From a virus: 64,000 bases of DNA. This document shows positions 41,201 through 51,994 of this stretch, piece after piece. The notes beneath the pieces are model-generated. The model saw only the letters and a list, made by a program, of their open reading frames with translations, ran no database searches and was not told the origin of the DNA. Positions within the stretch are counted from its first letter, which is position 1; every line of letters begins with the position of its first letter. The position numbers and the translations under genes are program-made. The stretch is from IMG/VR virus record IMGVR_UViG_3300047509_000037, positions 32,152 to 96,151 of that record. One strand, written 5' to 3'.

Positions 41201-43507
41201 TTACTTCCAACCATTTTCTTTCAGAAGTTGCTTTGCCAAGTCCGCGTTCCCGTTCGCAGCGTCAACGTACATCTTGACGACCTTCTGCGATTGAGCATCT
41301 TGCGGATTCAGTTGCGTAGGATTGTTACTGTTCCACCCACGCGGCAACTCTATGGACATCGGAGCCGATTGACTCTTAATGCCGAAGTGGTTCATCACAG
41401 AGACCGCCGCCGGGGAAATAAGTCCGGGGTAGTTCTGCTTGACCGTGTTCTGGTACTTCCAACCGAGACCAGCCGCACGAGCATCGGCGGTGTTCGTGAT
41501 TGCCTTGAGCGCCGTGAGCGCCGTCTGAGCAGTCGCGTCCTTGCCGAGCACGCCTTCCATCGCACGGATGTCAGATTCGTGTTCTGCACGATTCTGGTTG
41601 AGGAAGTTCATGTATTCCTTCAACGGTGCGATGATGGTGTCTTTGAACGTCTGGTAGTTCTGGTCGTTCGCTGCGTTCTCAGCAATCCACGAGAGCGAGT
41701 GGTTGAGAAGCGGAGAACCTGAACGAACCCAAGCATCGTTCGCGTCAAGTGCTTCTGCGGTGTGCCGCATGAGCGTATCGAACGAAGACAACTGAGCGCC
41801 GATTTTGCCTTGCGGGTCGCTGTACTCTTGGAACGTCTTGGACCGGAGTTCTTGGTTGGTCAATCCGTGCGTCACAGGGTCGAGACCACGTGCCGCGGCT
41901 TTGCGCTGGAGAAGTGAATCCATCATCAAGCGTGCGCCGCCTGAGCGAATTGTCGCCAAGTCTTTTGGACTGGAGAGACCGCCGTTGAGCATACTGTCGG
42001 CTGTCTGGTCGAGCACGGCAGGGTCTCCGGTGCGGAGGTCTTCCTGCTTCTGCTTGTCGTTCACTTCCGTGATACGGCTGCCGATACGTTCCGCTTCCCC
42101 CGTGGTCAACTGGCGGTCGCCGGGAATCATGGCTTGGAGAGTCTTGCGGTCGGTCGGGTCTTTGATGTTGTTGATGGCACCGAGGATTGCATCCTGTTGA
42201 GGTTTGCCAATCGGAGCCTTATCACCAACGCCGCCTTCTTTCGCCAGAGCATTTGCACGTTGACGTTCGAGGTCGGTGTCACGCATCCAATTATCGACAT
42301 CCTCAGGCTTGCCGAGTAGGTCGAGCATCTTGCCGCCGTCCGCCGTGCCACGAATGGCGCGAAGAACGTTGTCAGTGTCTCCAGCATCAGGACGACCGTT
42401 GCCAGCCGCGAGAGCCTTCTCCGCTGTGTCAACTGCTGCCTGATATGCCGCTGGATTCTCTTTGTACGCGGCGGCGAGGTCGATGTTACCCTTCGCCTTA
42501 GGATTGATTTCTTTCTGAGCACGATTGAGGAAATGCTCAACCGACGACAGAGTGTTCGCGGTGTGGACCGCGTCCATGTATGCGTTGATTGGAACCGTGA
42601 CGTTCCCGCCAGTCAGGTCGAACGCCTTGGCGTAGCTCTTGTTGAACTTGCCGAGTTCGTCCGTGACTTCCTTAGGGAGTTTCAGGTTCGCTTTGTTGTT
42701 GATGATTGCATAGGTCGGCTCGTCTTCGAGCACGCCCGTCTGCGGGTTGGGCTTCGTAATCATGCCGTCGATGATGACGTTGTTATCCATCAACGAGTGA
42801 TTGCCCGCGAGAACTTGGTCAGCCGTCATCCCTTTGTTGAGGAAGATGCTATCAGGCATGTCGGCGGGACGGTTCTTGTCGAAGTCCATCAGGGGCTTCA
42901 AGAAGACATCGGTGTTTCGCGCAACAGTGTCCGCGAGAACTTCGTGCTTCTGGTGAGCCATTGCAGCGGCTTGCTGCACCATCTTGGAGTTGTTCTGGAA
43001 CGTCATCAGCTTTGCAGCTTGCTGGTCGTTCGTCATTTGCTGGGCTGCGTCACGACGCTTCTGCTGGAACTCAGCGCCTTTCTCAGCCGCTCCCGCCATC
43101 GTGTTAGTCGGGTCAGCGACAGGACCATACGGCGTGTTACGATACTGAGTCGGAGCCATCAGACCCGCGAGTGCGCCCGCAAGAATTGCCCGCCCCAATT
43201 GCCCCTTAGTCTGTGGGACTTCTCGGATTGCTCCGGTCGCAGGGTCAACTACTTTGACAGGTCCACCAGACATCGTCTTGAGGATATTGTTAAAAATCCC
43301 CGACATCGGATGCGGTTTCTCTGGGGTGTTCGTGACCTCTCCTGTAGGCAACTTGTCATTTTGTCCCGGCTGAGGTTGCGCCGGAGTCGCGGAAGGAAAT
43401 ACAGTTCCCGGCTGCGTGGGCTGGGTTGGTTGAGCGGGCGGTTGGTTAGGAGTGACTTGAGTCTGTGTTGAATCTGACGTAGTAGTCTGTGCTTGTGGGT
43501 CGGGCAT
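41201..43507 (-). CDS. internal virion / DNA ejection protein
   Basis: Helical Q/A-rich, hydrophobic GRAILAGALAGL segment, position in tail block. Confidence 0.6.
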   Translation of the reverse strand: MPDPQAQTTTSDSTQTQVTPNQPPAQPTQPTQPGTVFPSATPAQPQPGQNDKLPTGEVTNTPEKPHPMSGIFNNILKTMSGGPVKVVDPATGAIREVPQTKGQLGRAILAGALAGLMAPTQYRNTPYGPVADPTNTMAGAAEKGAEFQQKRRDAAQQMTNDQQAAKLMTFQNNSKMVQQAAAMAHQKHEVLADTVARNTDVFLKPLMDFDKNRPADMPDSIFLNKGMTADQVLAGNHSLMDNNVIIDGMITKPNPQTGVLEDEPTYAIINNKANLKLPKEVTDELGKFNKSYAKAFDLTGGNVTVPINAYMDAVHTANTLSSVEHFLNRAQKEINPKAKGNIDLAAAYKENPAAYQAAVDTAEKALAAGNGRPDAGDTDNVLRAIRGTADGGKMLDLLGKPEDVDNWMRDTDLERQRANALAKEGGVGDKAPIGKPQQDAILGAINNIKDPTDRKTLQAMIPGDRQLTTGEAERIGSRITEVNDKQKQEDLRTGDPAVLDQTADSMLNGGLSSPKDLATIRSGGARLMMDSLLQRKAAARGLDPVTHGLTNQELRSKTFQEYSDPQGKIGAQLSSFDTLMRHTAEALDANDAWVRSGSPLLNHSLSWIAENAANDQNYQTFKDTIIAPLKEYMNFLNQNRAEHESDIRAMEGVLGKDATAQTALTALKAITNTADARAAGLGWKYQNTVKQNYPGLISPAAVSVMNHFGIKSQSAPMSIELPRGWNSNNPTQLNPQDAQSQKVVKMYVDAANGNADLAKQLLKENGWK

Positions 43508-43516
43508 CTTTTCTCC

Positions 43517-44227
43517 TTAACCTTGTGCGGTAGGACCGCTGTACGTACTTGGGAAGTTTCCGGGGCTTGGTGAAGAACCACCGCCCGTCAGACTCTTAGC
43601 GAATCCGCCGCCGATTCCGCCGCCGAATCCACTAGCGAAGGAACTGATTGCAGACGTGCCGAGTTTCATAATGTCGTTCATCGCCCAATTGCTTTGGGTG
43701 TCGAGGTTCTGTTGGCTGGACTCCGCTTGCTGTTGAGCATCCGTAGCTTCTTTGTTCGCGGAGGTTGCGGGGTTGAACACGTTCGTCGAGTTCTCAAGTT
43801 CGCCAGTGGCAACCTTCCAGTTCTCGTTACCCTGCTTGTAGTTCTCAATGAGGTTTTCGTTCTCTTGCGCCGCCGTATCAGCAGCCGCCTTTTGGTCAGC
43901 CGCCATGATGGTCGCCTGAGTTCCGCCAGCCGGGGTGACAACGTTTCCGCCGCCGATAGCTGCTACACCTGCCGCCGCCGACGCCTTGAGATTGCGGGCT
44001 TCGGTCGCGCCTGCTTGAACAGTGCGGGCGTCCACAGCGTTCTGCTGTGCTTGGCTCCATCCAGTTTGGCTAGGACCACCGTTCACAATCCCGGTGAGTC
44101 CGTTCTTGATGGTGTTGAACACATCGCTTGCGCCTTGGAAGATTTGACCAGCTTCGTCAGTCACCTTGCTGGAGAACTGTTGAATCTGGTTATTGATTGT
44201 TTTGAGAGCCGAAGACGGTCCACACAT
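43517..44227 (-). CDS. internal virion / pilot protein
   Basis: MCG start, A/Q/G-rich, Gly-rich hydrophobic C-terminus. Confidence 0.6.
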   Translation of the reverse strand: MCGPSSALKTINNQIQQFSSKVTDEAGQIFQGASDVFNTIKNGLTGIVNGGPSQTGWSQAQQNAVDARTVQAGATEARNLKASAAAGVAAIGGGNVVTPAGGTQATIMAADQKAAADTAAQENENLIENYKQGNENWKVATGELENSTNVFNPATSANKEATDAQQQAESSQQNLDTQSNWAMNDIMKLGTSAISSFASGFGGGIGGGFAKSLTGGGSSPSPGNFPSTYSGPTAQG

Positions 44228-44631
44228 TAGGGTTTCACTTTCCACTGTTGCAAGTATTCGATGGCGGATGCCAGAATCGACGGGTTGTCTTTCAAGAACC
44301 CAAGCCCTGCGTTACAGTCGTTGCACAACAATCCCCGAGGGGTGTTGGTAAGATGGTCGTGGTCACATGCGGGTTTCTTGACCAGCGACTCAAATTCAAT
44401 CTTGCATATAGCACATCGACCATTCTGAGTTACCAAGAATTGGTCGTGCCGTTCTAGAGTCCACCCTGCTTCTCGCAAGTCTCTCGACTTGGCGGCGAAT
44501 CGACCCTTGGGGGTCTTTCTATAAGCGGTGTGGTTAGACCGTGAGCACATTCGACATTGGCGGAAACCCTTTGGCGAAACGTAAAGATTGTCTCCCGAAA
44601 GGGGGTGACCCCGCTTACAGAATGCCTTCAT
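44227..44631 (-). CDS. endonuclease VII-like homing endonuclease
   Basis: CKRGH..RQCRMC; QNGRCAIC..DHDH..RGLLCNDCNAGLG. Confidence 0.9.
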   Translation of the reverse strand: MKAFCKRGHPLSGDNLYVSPKGFRQCRMCSRSNHTAYRKTPKGRFAAKSRDLREAGWTLERHDQFLVTQNGRCAICKIEFESLVKKPACDHDHLTNTPRGLLCNDCNAGLGFLKDNPSILASAIEYLQQWKVKP

Positions 44632-44643
44632 GTTTTGTTTCCT

Positions 44644-45024
44644 TTAGACTTGCAGGATGTATTCGCATTTGCTCTTTTTCATCTTGAGCACCTTCTCGAA
44701 GAAGGTTGCGAGTTTATCGCTCTCGGTCGTGATGATGATTTCCGTGAAGCCATTCTCGCGGGCTTTGTTAGCCGCGTCGATAATGCCCCGGAGAATTGCT
44801 CGACCGTTGCGATGACTATCCGTCTCGTCGTTCCACACGCACGAGATGCGAAGTGATTTTGTGAAGCGCACGAACGCGATTGGTCCCTGCGAATCTTCGA
44901 TGACTTCAACCGATGCCGTGGGCTGGGTGAAGTGTTCTACCTTCCATTCGCCGGGGTGAAAGGTGTCCCGGTCAATCGCCTGCTGCAATGCGGGCAAATC
45001 GGAAGTTGTCATCTTACGAATCAT
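44644..45024 (-). CDS. GNAT-like tail assembly protein (T7 gp13-like position)
   Basis: IRKMT..DL, GRAIL..A...GF..I..T..LA.FFEK; precedes ejection genes. Confidence 0.5.
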   Translation of the reverse strand: MIRKMTTSDLPALQQAIDRDTFHPGEWKVEHFTQPTASVEVIEDSQGPIAFVRFTKSLRISCVWNDETDSHRNGRAILRGIIDAANKARENGFTEIIITTESDKLATFFEKVLKMKKSKCEYILQV

Positions 45025-45032
45025 AGCCCCTC

Positions 45033-45506
45033 CTACAAGGCTTCGACGCGAATGTGAACTGCGTACTGCATTGCCGAGCCACTCGAAGCGTAACCCGTCG
45101 TAGAGAAAGACAGGTCCGTCGCGGGACCACAACTGAGGATTGCGTCGTTCTGTTGCACCGTGGTGAGCAGGTTGCCGCTTGCCGTCGGTGTGAGCGTCCA
45201 CGTTTGGAGTTGACCGTTGTTCTGGTCGGTCCACGTGAGCACGATGGACGGAAGCGTCGAGGAGACGCCGCCTGCGGTCGTGACGATGATGTAGCCAGCT
45301 ACGCGGTAGAGACCGTTCGCCGGAGCCGAGACTACCGTGGTCGAACTGATGTTCGCCGTCTGTCCGGTCAGGTCAATGTTGTCCCCGGTGAGTTCTGGTG
45401 CCGACGTGACGTAGGCGCTGATGTTGCCGCTTGAATCTTTTTGGAAGGTGACGTTCGTCGAACCCGCTGGTGCCGCTGGGAGTGTTGAGTTCAAATTGAT
45501 TGACAT
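45033..45506 (-). CDS. virion structural protein (beta-sandwich)
   Basis: Thr/Ser-rich, GLYRV..Y. Confidence 0.6.
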   Translation of the reverse strand: MSINLNSTLPAAPAGSTNVTFQKDSSGNISAYVTSAPELTGDNIDLTGQTANISSTTVVSAPANGLYRVAGYIIVTTAGGVSSTLPSIVLTWTDQNNGQLQTWTLTPTASGNLLTTVQQNDAILSCGPATDLSFSTTGYASSGSAMQYAVHIRVEAL

Positions 45507-45514
45507 GATGTCCT

Positions 45515-45802
45515 TTACGGGGCGACGATGACGCCGTTCACTTTCACAAAGGTCGCGTTGACGAAGATGATGAAGTCGTCACTCGTCGGGTCTCCGTTGA
45601 CGAGGATGCACGCGGTCTCCAGCTTCAACTCCCACTCTGCGTCATTGAAGTTGTAGCGATAGATGTTCTGGTCAACGAGTGGACCCGCTTGAATCGGGTT
45701 GCCCTGCCAGCCTACGACCGTAACTTGTGTTGCGCCCGCCGCGCCGGAGATGTCACCATTGAGCGGCGACTGCGATGCGGGATACGTTTCTCGGTTCGCC
45801 AT
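45515..45802 (-). CDS. small tail-fibre-associated protein
   Basis: LNGDISG..VTVVGWQGNPI motif; TAATG coupling. Confidence 0.55.
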   Translation of the reverse strand: MANRETYPASQSPLNGDISGAAGATQVTVVGWQGNPIQAGPLVDQNIYRYNFNDAEWELKLETACILVNGDPTSDDFIIFVNATFVKVNGVIVAP

Positions 45803-46503
45803 TATGTCTCCAGTGCCAGATAGGTAATCGTGACCGTCGCGCCGGAGATGCCTGCACTTGATGGATTGATGACGGAGACGTAGATGCTGGCATTCTGTGG
45901 CGACTGAGCATTCGCACCGATTCGGTTCTGCCAGTTCCACTGGTAAGGCGTCGTGTCGAACACAACGTCTGTGATGATTCCCGCTACAACCTCGAAGGGG
46001 ACGGCTGTGTCGGTCGCACGGGGTGCGTCACCACTCTGTGTGATTGGGTCCGCGTACATACGAACTTCAACCGGAGATGATGCGCCGAGTGAGAGAAGCT
46101 GAAAAGATTTCGCCATCGTCACAGTGGCGAAGTAAACCCCGCCGGGACCGAGCGCCGGAACGTTGATAGATACCGACGCGGAGACTAGCGAGGATGAAGA
46201 ACCTCCACCGCCGCCGGAGCCTTGCTGGATGATGGTCGTGTTATTGTTCGTCGTTCCACCGCCGCCGCCCGTGCTACTCGCGGGAAGTGGGATGACTCGA
46301 CGGGCTGGAATCTTTCCGTCTTCGTTGAATTGACGGAGTGTATCCGAAGTCGCGTTGAACGGAGGGAGCGGACACCGAATGAACGGGTTCCCATCAACCG
46401 CAGACCCCGGCTGTTGAGCCGGAGCCTGTGGTCGAGTTGGATTGTCAGCCGCGACGAAACCTTTTGGGGAATCGTGACGGAGTGTCTCGCTAAGAGGCGG
46501 CAT
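45802..46503 (-). CDS. tail structural protein
   Basis: Follows nozzle; Gly linker then beta domain. Confidence 0.6.
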   Translation of the reverse strand: MPPLSETLRHDSPKGFVAADNPTRPQAPAQQPGSAVDGNPFIRCPLPPFNATSDTLRQFNEDGKIPARRVIPLPASSTGGGGGTTNNNTTIIQQGSGGGGGSSSSLVSASVSINVPALGPGGVYFATVTMAKSFQLLSLGASSPVEVRMYADPITQSGDAPRATDTAVPFEVVAGIITDVVFDTTPYQWNWQNRIGANAQSPQNASIYVSVINPSSAGISGATVTITYLALET

Positions 46504-46505
46504 GT

Positions 46506-49500
46506 TTACCCTTCTACTTCATACGCTCCGAAAACTGTAAGCGTCTGAAGTTCGTTCATTGCCGTCTCCGGCGTCCACTGGAACAGGATTTGCATGTGCC
46601 GACAATATGCCACAAGGTCTTCGTCGTCCGACAAATAGAACCGTTGGGCGAGAATGGACTTGCTTGGCGGCAAGTTCGGCGGGTCATTAACCCAATGCTT
46701 CAGGGTGTCAAACGACCCCGTGTAGTACGGCAACGCCTCATCCATGATGACGCCGATGGTGAGTGGAGAGCCTACGTTGACGCTATCCGTGGTGATGAAT
46801 GAAACCTTTGCAACCTGTCCGGGTTGTGCGAGTACGATTGAACCGATGACACCATACGCCGAGTACGTCGTGCCGTTGATGTCCGTCGTTCCACCGTCAG
46901 AGGTTGCTGTGATGGAACGAGCAAGGATATTGCTGCTAGAGCTAGTTTGCCCGACAAGCAAGTTATGAACGCCGGGACTAGTCTCGACACTCTTAATCGC
47001 ACCTGCACCACCGCTGCCTGCGATGGTTGCGAATGGTGACCACGCTACGCTGCCCTGTTCAGGAGCAGGCGTTGCGATGCACTTGTACCATCCGTTTACG
47101 CCGTCTGCGAGATACCATGCTTGGTCTTCGCCGTTGATGTGCCACGCGACGTAGCACTTCGACGTGTTCCAACTCGTGCCCGCTGACCCGTTGTTGAGAC
47201 GGAGTAGGTTGCCGATTGGATAGCCGACGTATGAGAGTCCTGCGCTTGGGTTGAAGATGACGAACTGCTTGTCGGTCGTGAAGAACCCGATGAGTCCGCC
47301 GTTGATGTCCAGCGCGTTGTAGTTTGCAAGACCGACCCCGGTGAGGTACGGAATTGCGGGAAGGATTGGACTGCCCGATGTTCCACTCCCAGCAATGATG
47401 TAGACATCGCTCACAGTGAAGACCAACATACCGATTGCCGTCGGTACGAGGCGTCGAACCTGTGAAGCGCATTCCGCGAAGTTCCCCGGCGCAGTGCCGT
47501 CGGTTCCGTTTCCTACCGGAGCCAGCGGACCCGTCGTCCAGTACACCGTGTCACCGATGCTGTACCAGATGCGACCAAGATGCTGCGACAGATTGATTGC
47601 GCCCGTCGCAGGAGGAGTGTTCTCTCCGGCTTGAGCGCCTTGAACGAGATTGTTCAACTCCACGTCAGGCACAGTGTCCACGTAACCGTATCGGAGATAC
47701 TGCGTTAGCGGGACGGTGTAGGGCGAGTTGACAAAACCCGGAATGAGCAGCGGCGTCGTGAACCCGTCCGCAGAGCGGAAGATTGCGACGTAATCTGCCT
47801 GAGGGTCAATCGCGTTGATGTCCAGACCGGAGCCGGGACCAAATACGACTTGACCTTTGTTGATTGGACCTGTCGCTGCTGACACAGGACCAACATTGGA
47901 CACCGTCTGGTCGAGCGTGTTGACCAGAGCAATCCAGTAGAGCCAGCCCTGCGTGCTGAGTGCAGTGATGGTGTTGCCCGTCGATACGCTCGTAGGGACT
48001 GAACCTTCGTTCATCCATTGGAGCGGCGGGCTTGGGTCCGCGAGAATCGAACCTACCGTCGTGTTAGTCCACGTCGGCTGAGTCGTTCCCGTGATGCCTG
48101 TTTCATACGGACCTTGCTGGTTGCTGTTCGTGTCGATGATGCTTGTGGCTGGGAGTGTGTAAGTCTTCCCAGCGGTCCACACGTAATCGCTCGTTGGACC
48201 AAGATTGTTCCAGAGATACTGCTGACCAGCGGTCGATACTTCCACAACCTTGCCGCCCCACACGATTTGCTGGTGGGTCGTGTCGTAGCTTGCGCCCGAC
48301 TTCGTGAACGCCGGAAACACTGGCGCTGAAGTACCGGACTCGTCAAGACCGACTGCGAGGGTTTGTGCGGGAGCGCCGCCGGAGCCGGGGCACATGAAAA
48401 TCATAAACCCGCCGGAGTGATACCACTTGGCGAATGAGATTTCCAAACCGTACAGCCCAGCTTGCGGGAACTGCCACACAGCGGTGTCTGCCGCGTGATT
48501 GACCGATTGGTTGAACGGACCCGGACCCGTCGTTCCCGACAAATTCGTGCCGCTCATGGAAGACGCAGTGCCGTAACCCATCTTCGGGGTCATCGTCTGC
48601 GGGACGTTGTTTGCACCGCCGGATACCTTCGAGGCTCCCGGCGCGACAGTCAGAGGGTTAGTCTGTGCCGTGTCGAAAGAGAAGATGAGACCGTCGTTGT
48701 GCTGCGAAGTGAACGTGTACGTTCCGCCGCGTGGGATGTAAACCATCGTCGTGATGGTGCCGACCCACGAAGCACTCAGCCCTGAGAGAATCGTGCTCAG
48801 TGCGCCGACTTCACCAGCGCCGTTGATAGCCGCCTTCTGGAAGTCAGGTGAACCTGAGAGCGAACGTTGGAGCCACAGACCGTTCAACGAGGAGTGCGTC
48901 GGACTCTGTGACTGCCAAGAGTACGAGTAGCTTCCGGTGAAGATGTGCGGGTCAGTGCTGTTGAAATACAGGAACGCTCCCTGCCAATCTGAGTTCTGGT
49001 GGGAGTTCGGTTCTTCGAGCGAGTACAAGTCAATCGTCTGGTTAGGAGCGATGAACGGCTGGGTCTTGGGACCAAGCTGGAACAGATACTTCGTCGAGGA
49101 GACGATGAAGTCTCCGACGTTGTAGTGCGTGTGCGCCGTCCACGTCAACGATGGTGCTAGTTGAATGCACGTCCACACAGCGGTTCCGCCATGTACTGCT
49201 TCTGAGATTGTCGATGCAGCGTTCGTCTTCAGTGCTTGCCCGTACTCGCCAACGAACGCGGGGAATGACCCGATGACGTTCGTAGTGTACGGCGCTTGGA
49301 ACGTCGTAGTTGTCAGACCCGTTGCCGAGACTGTCAACTGAGTTCCGTCGAGATTCGGGAATGAACCCTGTCCCGCCGCGAAGGTACACATGTTCTGGAG
49401 AGTTACTGAGTCGCCCGCGACGAGCGCCGGAGACTGAGTCGTGGTCTGGAAGTAGATGTTCACTCCGTCAGAGACCACACCGAGGATGACTACTTTCTGT

Positions 49501-50801
49501 TGGGGCGTCGGACTTGCCGTCCACGCAGGTTCAACTGAACCAGTCGTGCCTGCGGTAGTTACTCGCCACAGGTGTCCATTGACGGGGTCGATACGCACCG
49601 AAGCCGGAGAGTAGTACGTGTTCTGTTGCCATGAAACTTCTTGCCCGCTTGCCTGATAGGTCGGAGCGGAGGTCGGCGGGTTGATGCCCCACTTCATTAC
49701 CGAAGGCTGTTGACCGTCACCATAGTTGACGCCACGGTTAATCCACACCGTGTTGCCGTCTTCCGTGAGGCTGCCCATGAACTCGTTGCCGACAGCTGGT
49801 CGAACCGTGCCCCACGTCGGAACACTGTTGCCAGTGATTGCGATGTAGGGAGTCGTGCCGCCGCCGAGGGTGCCCGTCTGGAGAACGAACGCTTGTCCAG
49901 TTTCAGACGATGAAACGTTCGCGTGCTCGAAGGCACCAATGAAAGTGCGACCGAGCAGAGTGTGGTCATACTTGGTCGTGAGCGTAAGCGTAGCGCCGTT
50001 CAGGAATGCGTTCTCGTTCATGCCCCACAATTGGAACGAAGTCCCGATTGGGTAGTCACGAGTGTCGTCCGTCACATTGATGGTCAACGTGAGAACATTC
50101 GCAGAGATGGTGACGTGCGTGACGTTGCCGATGCTGATGCCGATGAACTGCTGAAGGTTTCCCGTTGCAGGGTCTACGAGGTACGTTCCAAAGGGATACG
50201 TGCCCGCGAGACCATCGACGCCTTGAAGATTGTTATTGTTGCCCGCGCTATCGCGGACGAACAGAGACGTGAGCCATTTACGGTTGCTGACGCCATCGGC
50301 AAAGTACAGCGAGTTGCCGACCGACTGCATGTAGCTCTGACCCGCGCTGGCTGACTTCGTGTAATCAAGACCGTAGAAATACGAGGAGTCGCCGCCTCGC
50401 TGGAAGTTCTCGTCGAGAGAGTAGAGATGGTTCGTCCCGGTTCCGTCTTCGTCAATCATCGTGAAGATGGACTCAAGGGTAGTGCCGAACGCATCGCTCT
50501 GCGCTTTGTTGACGCGGAACTCCCCGAAAGCGCCGGGGTCGTTGTACGTGTGTTCTTGGTCGAAGATTGGATTACCGGGACGCCGAATGAGCGTCAGACG
50601 GTTCGACACTTCGATGTTCGAGCCTGCGATGAGAGCGTCACCCGAATTGTCCGAGTAATACTTCTCAGCAATGTGACTCGCACTAGCAGCCCGAAGCGGG
50701 GAGCGGTTTGTGTTGAGACCGTTGAAGAAACGCCCCTGATAAATCGGTGCGTACTTCGGTGCTTTCTGCGGCTGGCCGCCGCTGGCTGCAATCTGAGACA
50801 T
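46506..50801 (-). CDS. tail nozzle / tail tubular protein B-like with inserted PA14 and carbohydrate-binding-like domains
   Basis: FFNGLNT..N.EV..LIRRPG N-terminus; propeller-like repeats; YIPRGGTYTFTSQHNDG (PA14); TTAGTTGSVEPAW repeats. Confidence 0.7.
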   Translation of the reverse strand: MSQIAASGGQPQKAPKYAPIYQGRFFNGLNTNRSPLRAASASHIAEKYYSDNSGDALIAGSNIEVSNRLTLIRRPGNPIFDQEHTYNDPGAFGEFRVNKAQSDAFGTTLESIFTMIDEDGTGTNHLYSLDENFQRGGDSSYFYGLDYTKSASAGQSYMQSVGNSLYFADGVSNRKWLTSLFVRDSAGNNNNLQGVDGLAGTYPFGTYLVDPATGNLQQFIGISIGNVTHVTISANVLTLTINVTDDTRDYPIGTSFQLWGMNENAFLNGATLTLTTKYDHTLLGRTFIGAFEHANVSSSETGQAFVLQTGTLGGGTTPYIAITGNSVPTWGTVRPAVGNEFMGSLTEDGNTVWINRGVNYGDGQQPSVMKWGINPPTSAPTYQASGQEVSWQQNTYYSPASVRIDPVNGHLWRVTTAGTTGSVEPAWTASPTPQQKVVILGVVSDGVNIYFQTTTQSPALVAGDSVTLQNMCTFAAGQGSFPNLDGTQLTVSATGLTTTTFQAPYTTNVIGSFPAFVGEYGQALKTNAASTISEAVHGGTAVWTCIQLAPSLTWTAHTHYNVGDFIVSSTKYLFQLGPKTQPFIAPNQTIDLYSLEEPNSHQNSDWQGAFLYFNSTDPHIFTGSYSYSWQSQSPTHSSLNGLWLQRSLSGSPDFQKAAINGAGEVGALSTILSGLSASWVGTITTMVYIPRGGTYTFTSQHNDGLIFSFDTAQTNPLTVAPGASKVSGGANNVPQTMTPKMGYGTASSMSGTNLSGTTGPGPFNQSVNHAADTAVWQFPQAGLYGLEISFAKWYHSGGFMIFMCPGSGGAPAQTLAVGLDESGTSAPVFPAFTKSGASYDTTHQQIVWGGKVVEVSTAGQQYLWNNLGPTSDYVWTAGKTYTLPATSIIDTNSNQQGPYETGITGTTQPTWTNTTVGSILADPSPPLQWMNEGSVPTSVSTGNTITALSTQGWLYWIALVNTLDQTVSNVGPVSAATGPINKGQVVFGPGSGLDINAIDPQADYVAIFRSADGFTTPLLIPGFVNSPYTVPLTQYLRYGYVDTVPDVELNNLVQGAQAGENTPPATGAINLSQHLGRIWYSIGDTVYWTTGPLAPVGNGTDGTAPGNFAECASQVRRLVPTAIGMLVFTVSDVYIIAGSGTSGSPILPAIPYLTGVGLANYNALDINGGLIGFFTTDKQFVIFNPSAGLSYVGYPIGNLLRLNNGSAGTSWNTSKCYVAWHINGEDQAWYLADGVNGWYKCIATPAPEQGSVAWSPFATIAGSGGAGAIKSVETSPGVHNLLVGQTSSSSNILARSITATSDGGTTDINGTTYSAYGVIGSIVLAQPGQVAKVSFITTDSVNVGSPLTIGVIMDEALPYYTGSFDTLKHWVNDPPNLPPSKSILAQRFYLSDDEDLVAYCRHMQILFQWTPETAMNELQTLTVFGAYEVEG

Positions 50802-50812
50802 GGAGAACCTTT

Positions 50813-51985
50813 CTAGGTGGAGAACAAAATCGCCGGGACCGCGACAAAGTTGGTATGGTTAATCGGAGTAAGTGCTCCGAGTGTATTCGGGAGTGTGTTT
50901 CCGCCGACCAATCCGTTTGCCGCAATTCCGATTCGGGTCGGTCCCGATTGCGGATTGACGAAGTCGATGCCGTTAAGCAACTGTGTCAACCACTGGTAGG
51001 GGACGTGAGTGAGAACGCTGCCGTTCGCGCCTGAAGGAGCCGCGAACACGAAGTAGTAGCGAATACCCGGACGGAGTTGAATGCCGCTAAGAGTCACCTT
51101 GGAGTAGTGCTGGCTGGCGGCGAGGCTGAAAGCATTCGCCCCACAGTCGATAATCTTTGTCCCGGTGGAATCGTAGATGCCCGCCGTGAATGCGCCGTTG
51201 CTGCCCGTAACCGTGAAGGACGACGCTGCGTTGACCACGAAGCCCGCGTCGAGATACATTTCAACGGCGAACACGGTGCCAGTCGCCCAGAACCCACCAG
51301 AGTTGTCCACAACCGGACCATACGACCGCCCGCCGAGAAACCACCCGATGCCGGGGGTTTTATAGAGGGGACCGTCGAACGTGATGTCGCCGGAGCCGTC
51401 ATCCGTGAGAGTGATGCCCGACCCGTTCTGTAAATTGATAGTCGAATGCGGGGTTGGCGCTTTCTGCGTGCCGTTGACTTTAAGAATGAACCCACCCGCC
51501 GCTGCGTCAATCGTGACGCTGCCATCTCCGTTGTCGGTTAGGGTGATGTTGGTGCCGGATTCAAGGTCGAGAATGTTCTGTACTTCGTTGGGCGTGCCAT
51601 CCGTCTCTAGCAAAATGCTCGTGGAAGACGAAGGCGTCCAACTGTAAATCTGGTTCGGAACCCAGACACTCAAATCGAAAGTACCACTGCCGATGACTTG
51701 CTGATTGTTTGGTCCCCAAGCAGGCTGACCTTCGGCGGTGTATCCTGTGACGCGGTAGTACGAGTTGACGGGCGAGAGTGCGTCGTTGCCCCAGATGTCT
51801 TGCTGTGGACTGGTAACCACATTGCCGTTGGCGTCGAGTTGAATCTTAATCGTGATGCCCGCGCAGATGTTGATGCCGTTCACGTTGCTATCTTGGTTCA
51901 GTTCAAAAATCAGATAGCCGTTCGCCAGAACGTTGCCCTCCGCGTCTTGAAAGTTGCCATTGAGAAGTTGAACTGGATTTGCCAT
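50813..51985 (-). CDS. tail fibre / receptor-binding protein
   Basis: N-terminal FQD.EGN.LANG adaptor; GTNITLTDNG repeats; variable C-terminal domain. Confidence 0.6.
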   Translation of the reverse strand: MANPVQLLNGNFQDAEGNVLANGYLIFELNQDSNVNGINICAGITIKIQLDANGNVVTSPQQDIWGNDALSPVNSYYRVTGYTAEGQPAWGPNNQQVIGSGTFDLSVWVPNQIYSWTPSSSTSILLETDGTPNEVQNILDLESGTNITLTDNGDGSVTIDAAAGGFILKVNGTQKAPTPHSTINLQNGSGITLTDDGSGDITFDGPLYKTPGIGWFLGGRSYGPVVDNSGGFWATGTVFAVEMYLDAGFVVNAASSFTVTGSNGAFTAGIYDSTGTKIIDCGANAFSLAASQHYSKVTLSGIQLRPGIRYYFVFAAPSGANGSVLTHVPYQWLTQLLNGIDFVNPQSGPTRIGIAANGLVGGNTLPNTLGALTPINHTNFVAVPAILFST

Positions 51986-51994
51986 GAGAGTCCT

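Noticed and set aside
38421-43471. Long + strand ORFs (601 aa, 312 aa and others) in the late arm
   Set aside because: Antisense shadows of strongly codon-biased minus-strand genes; no RBS or motifs
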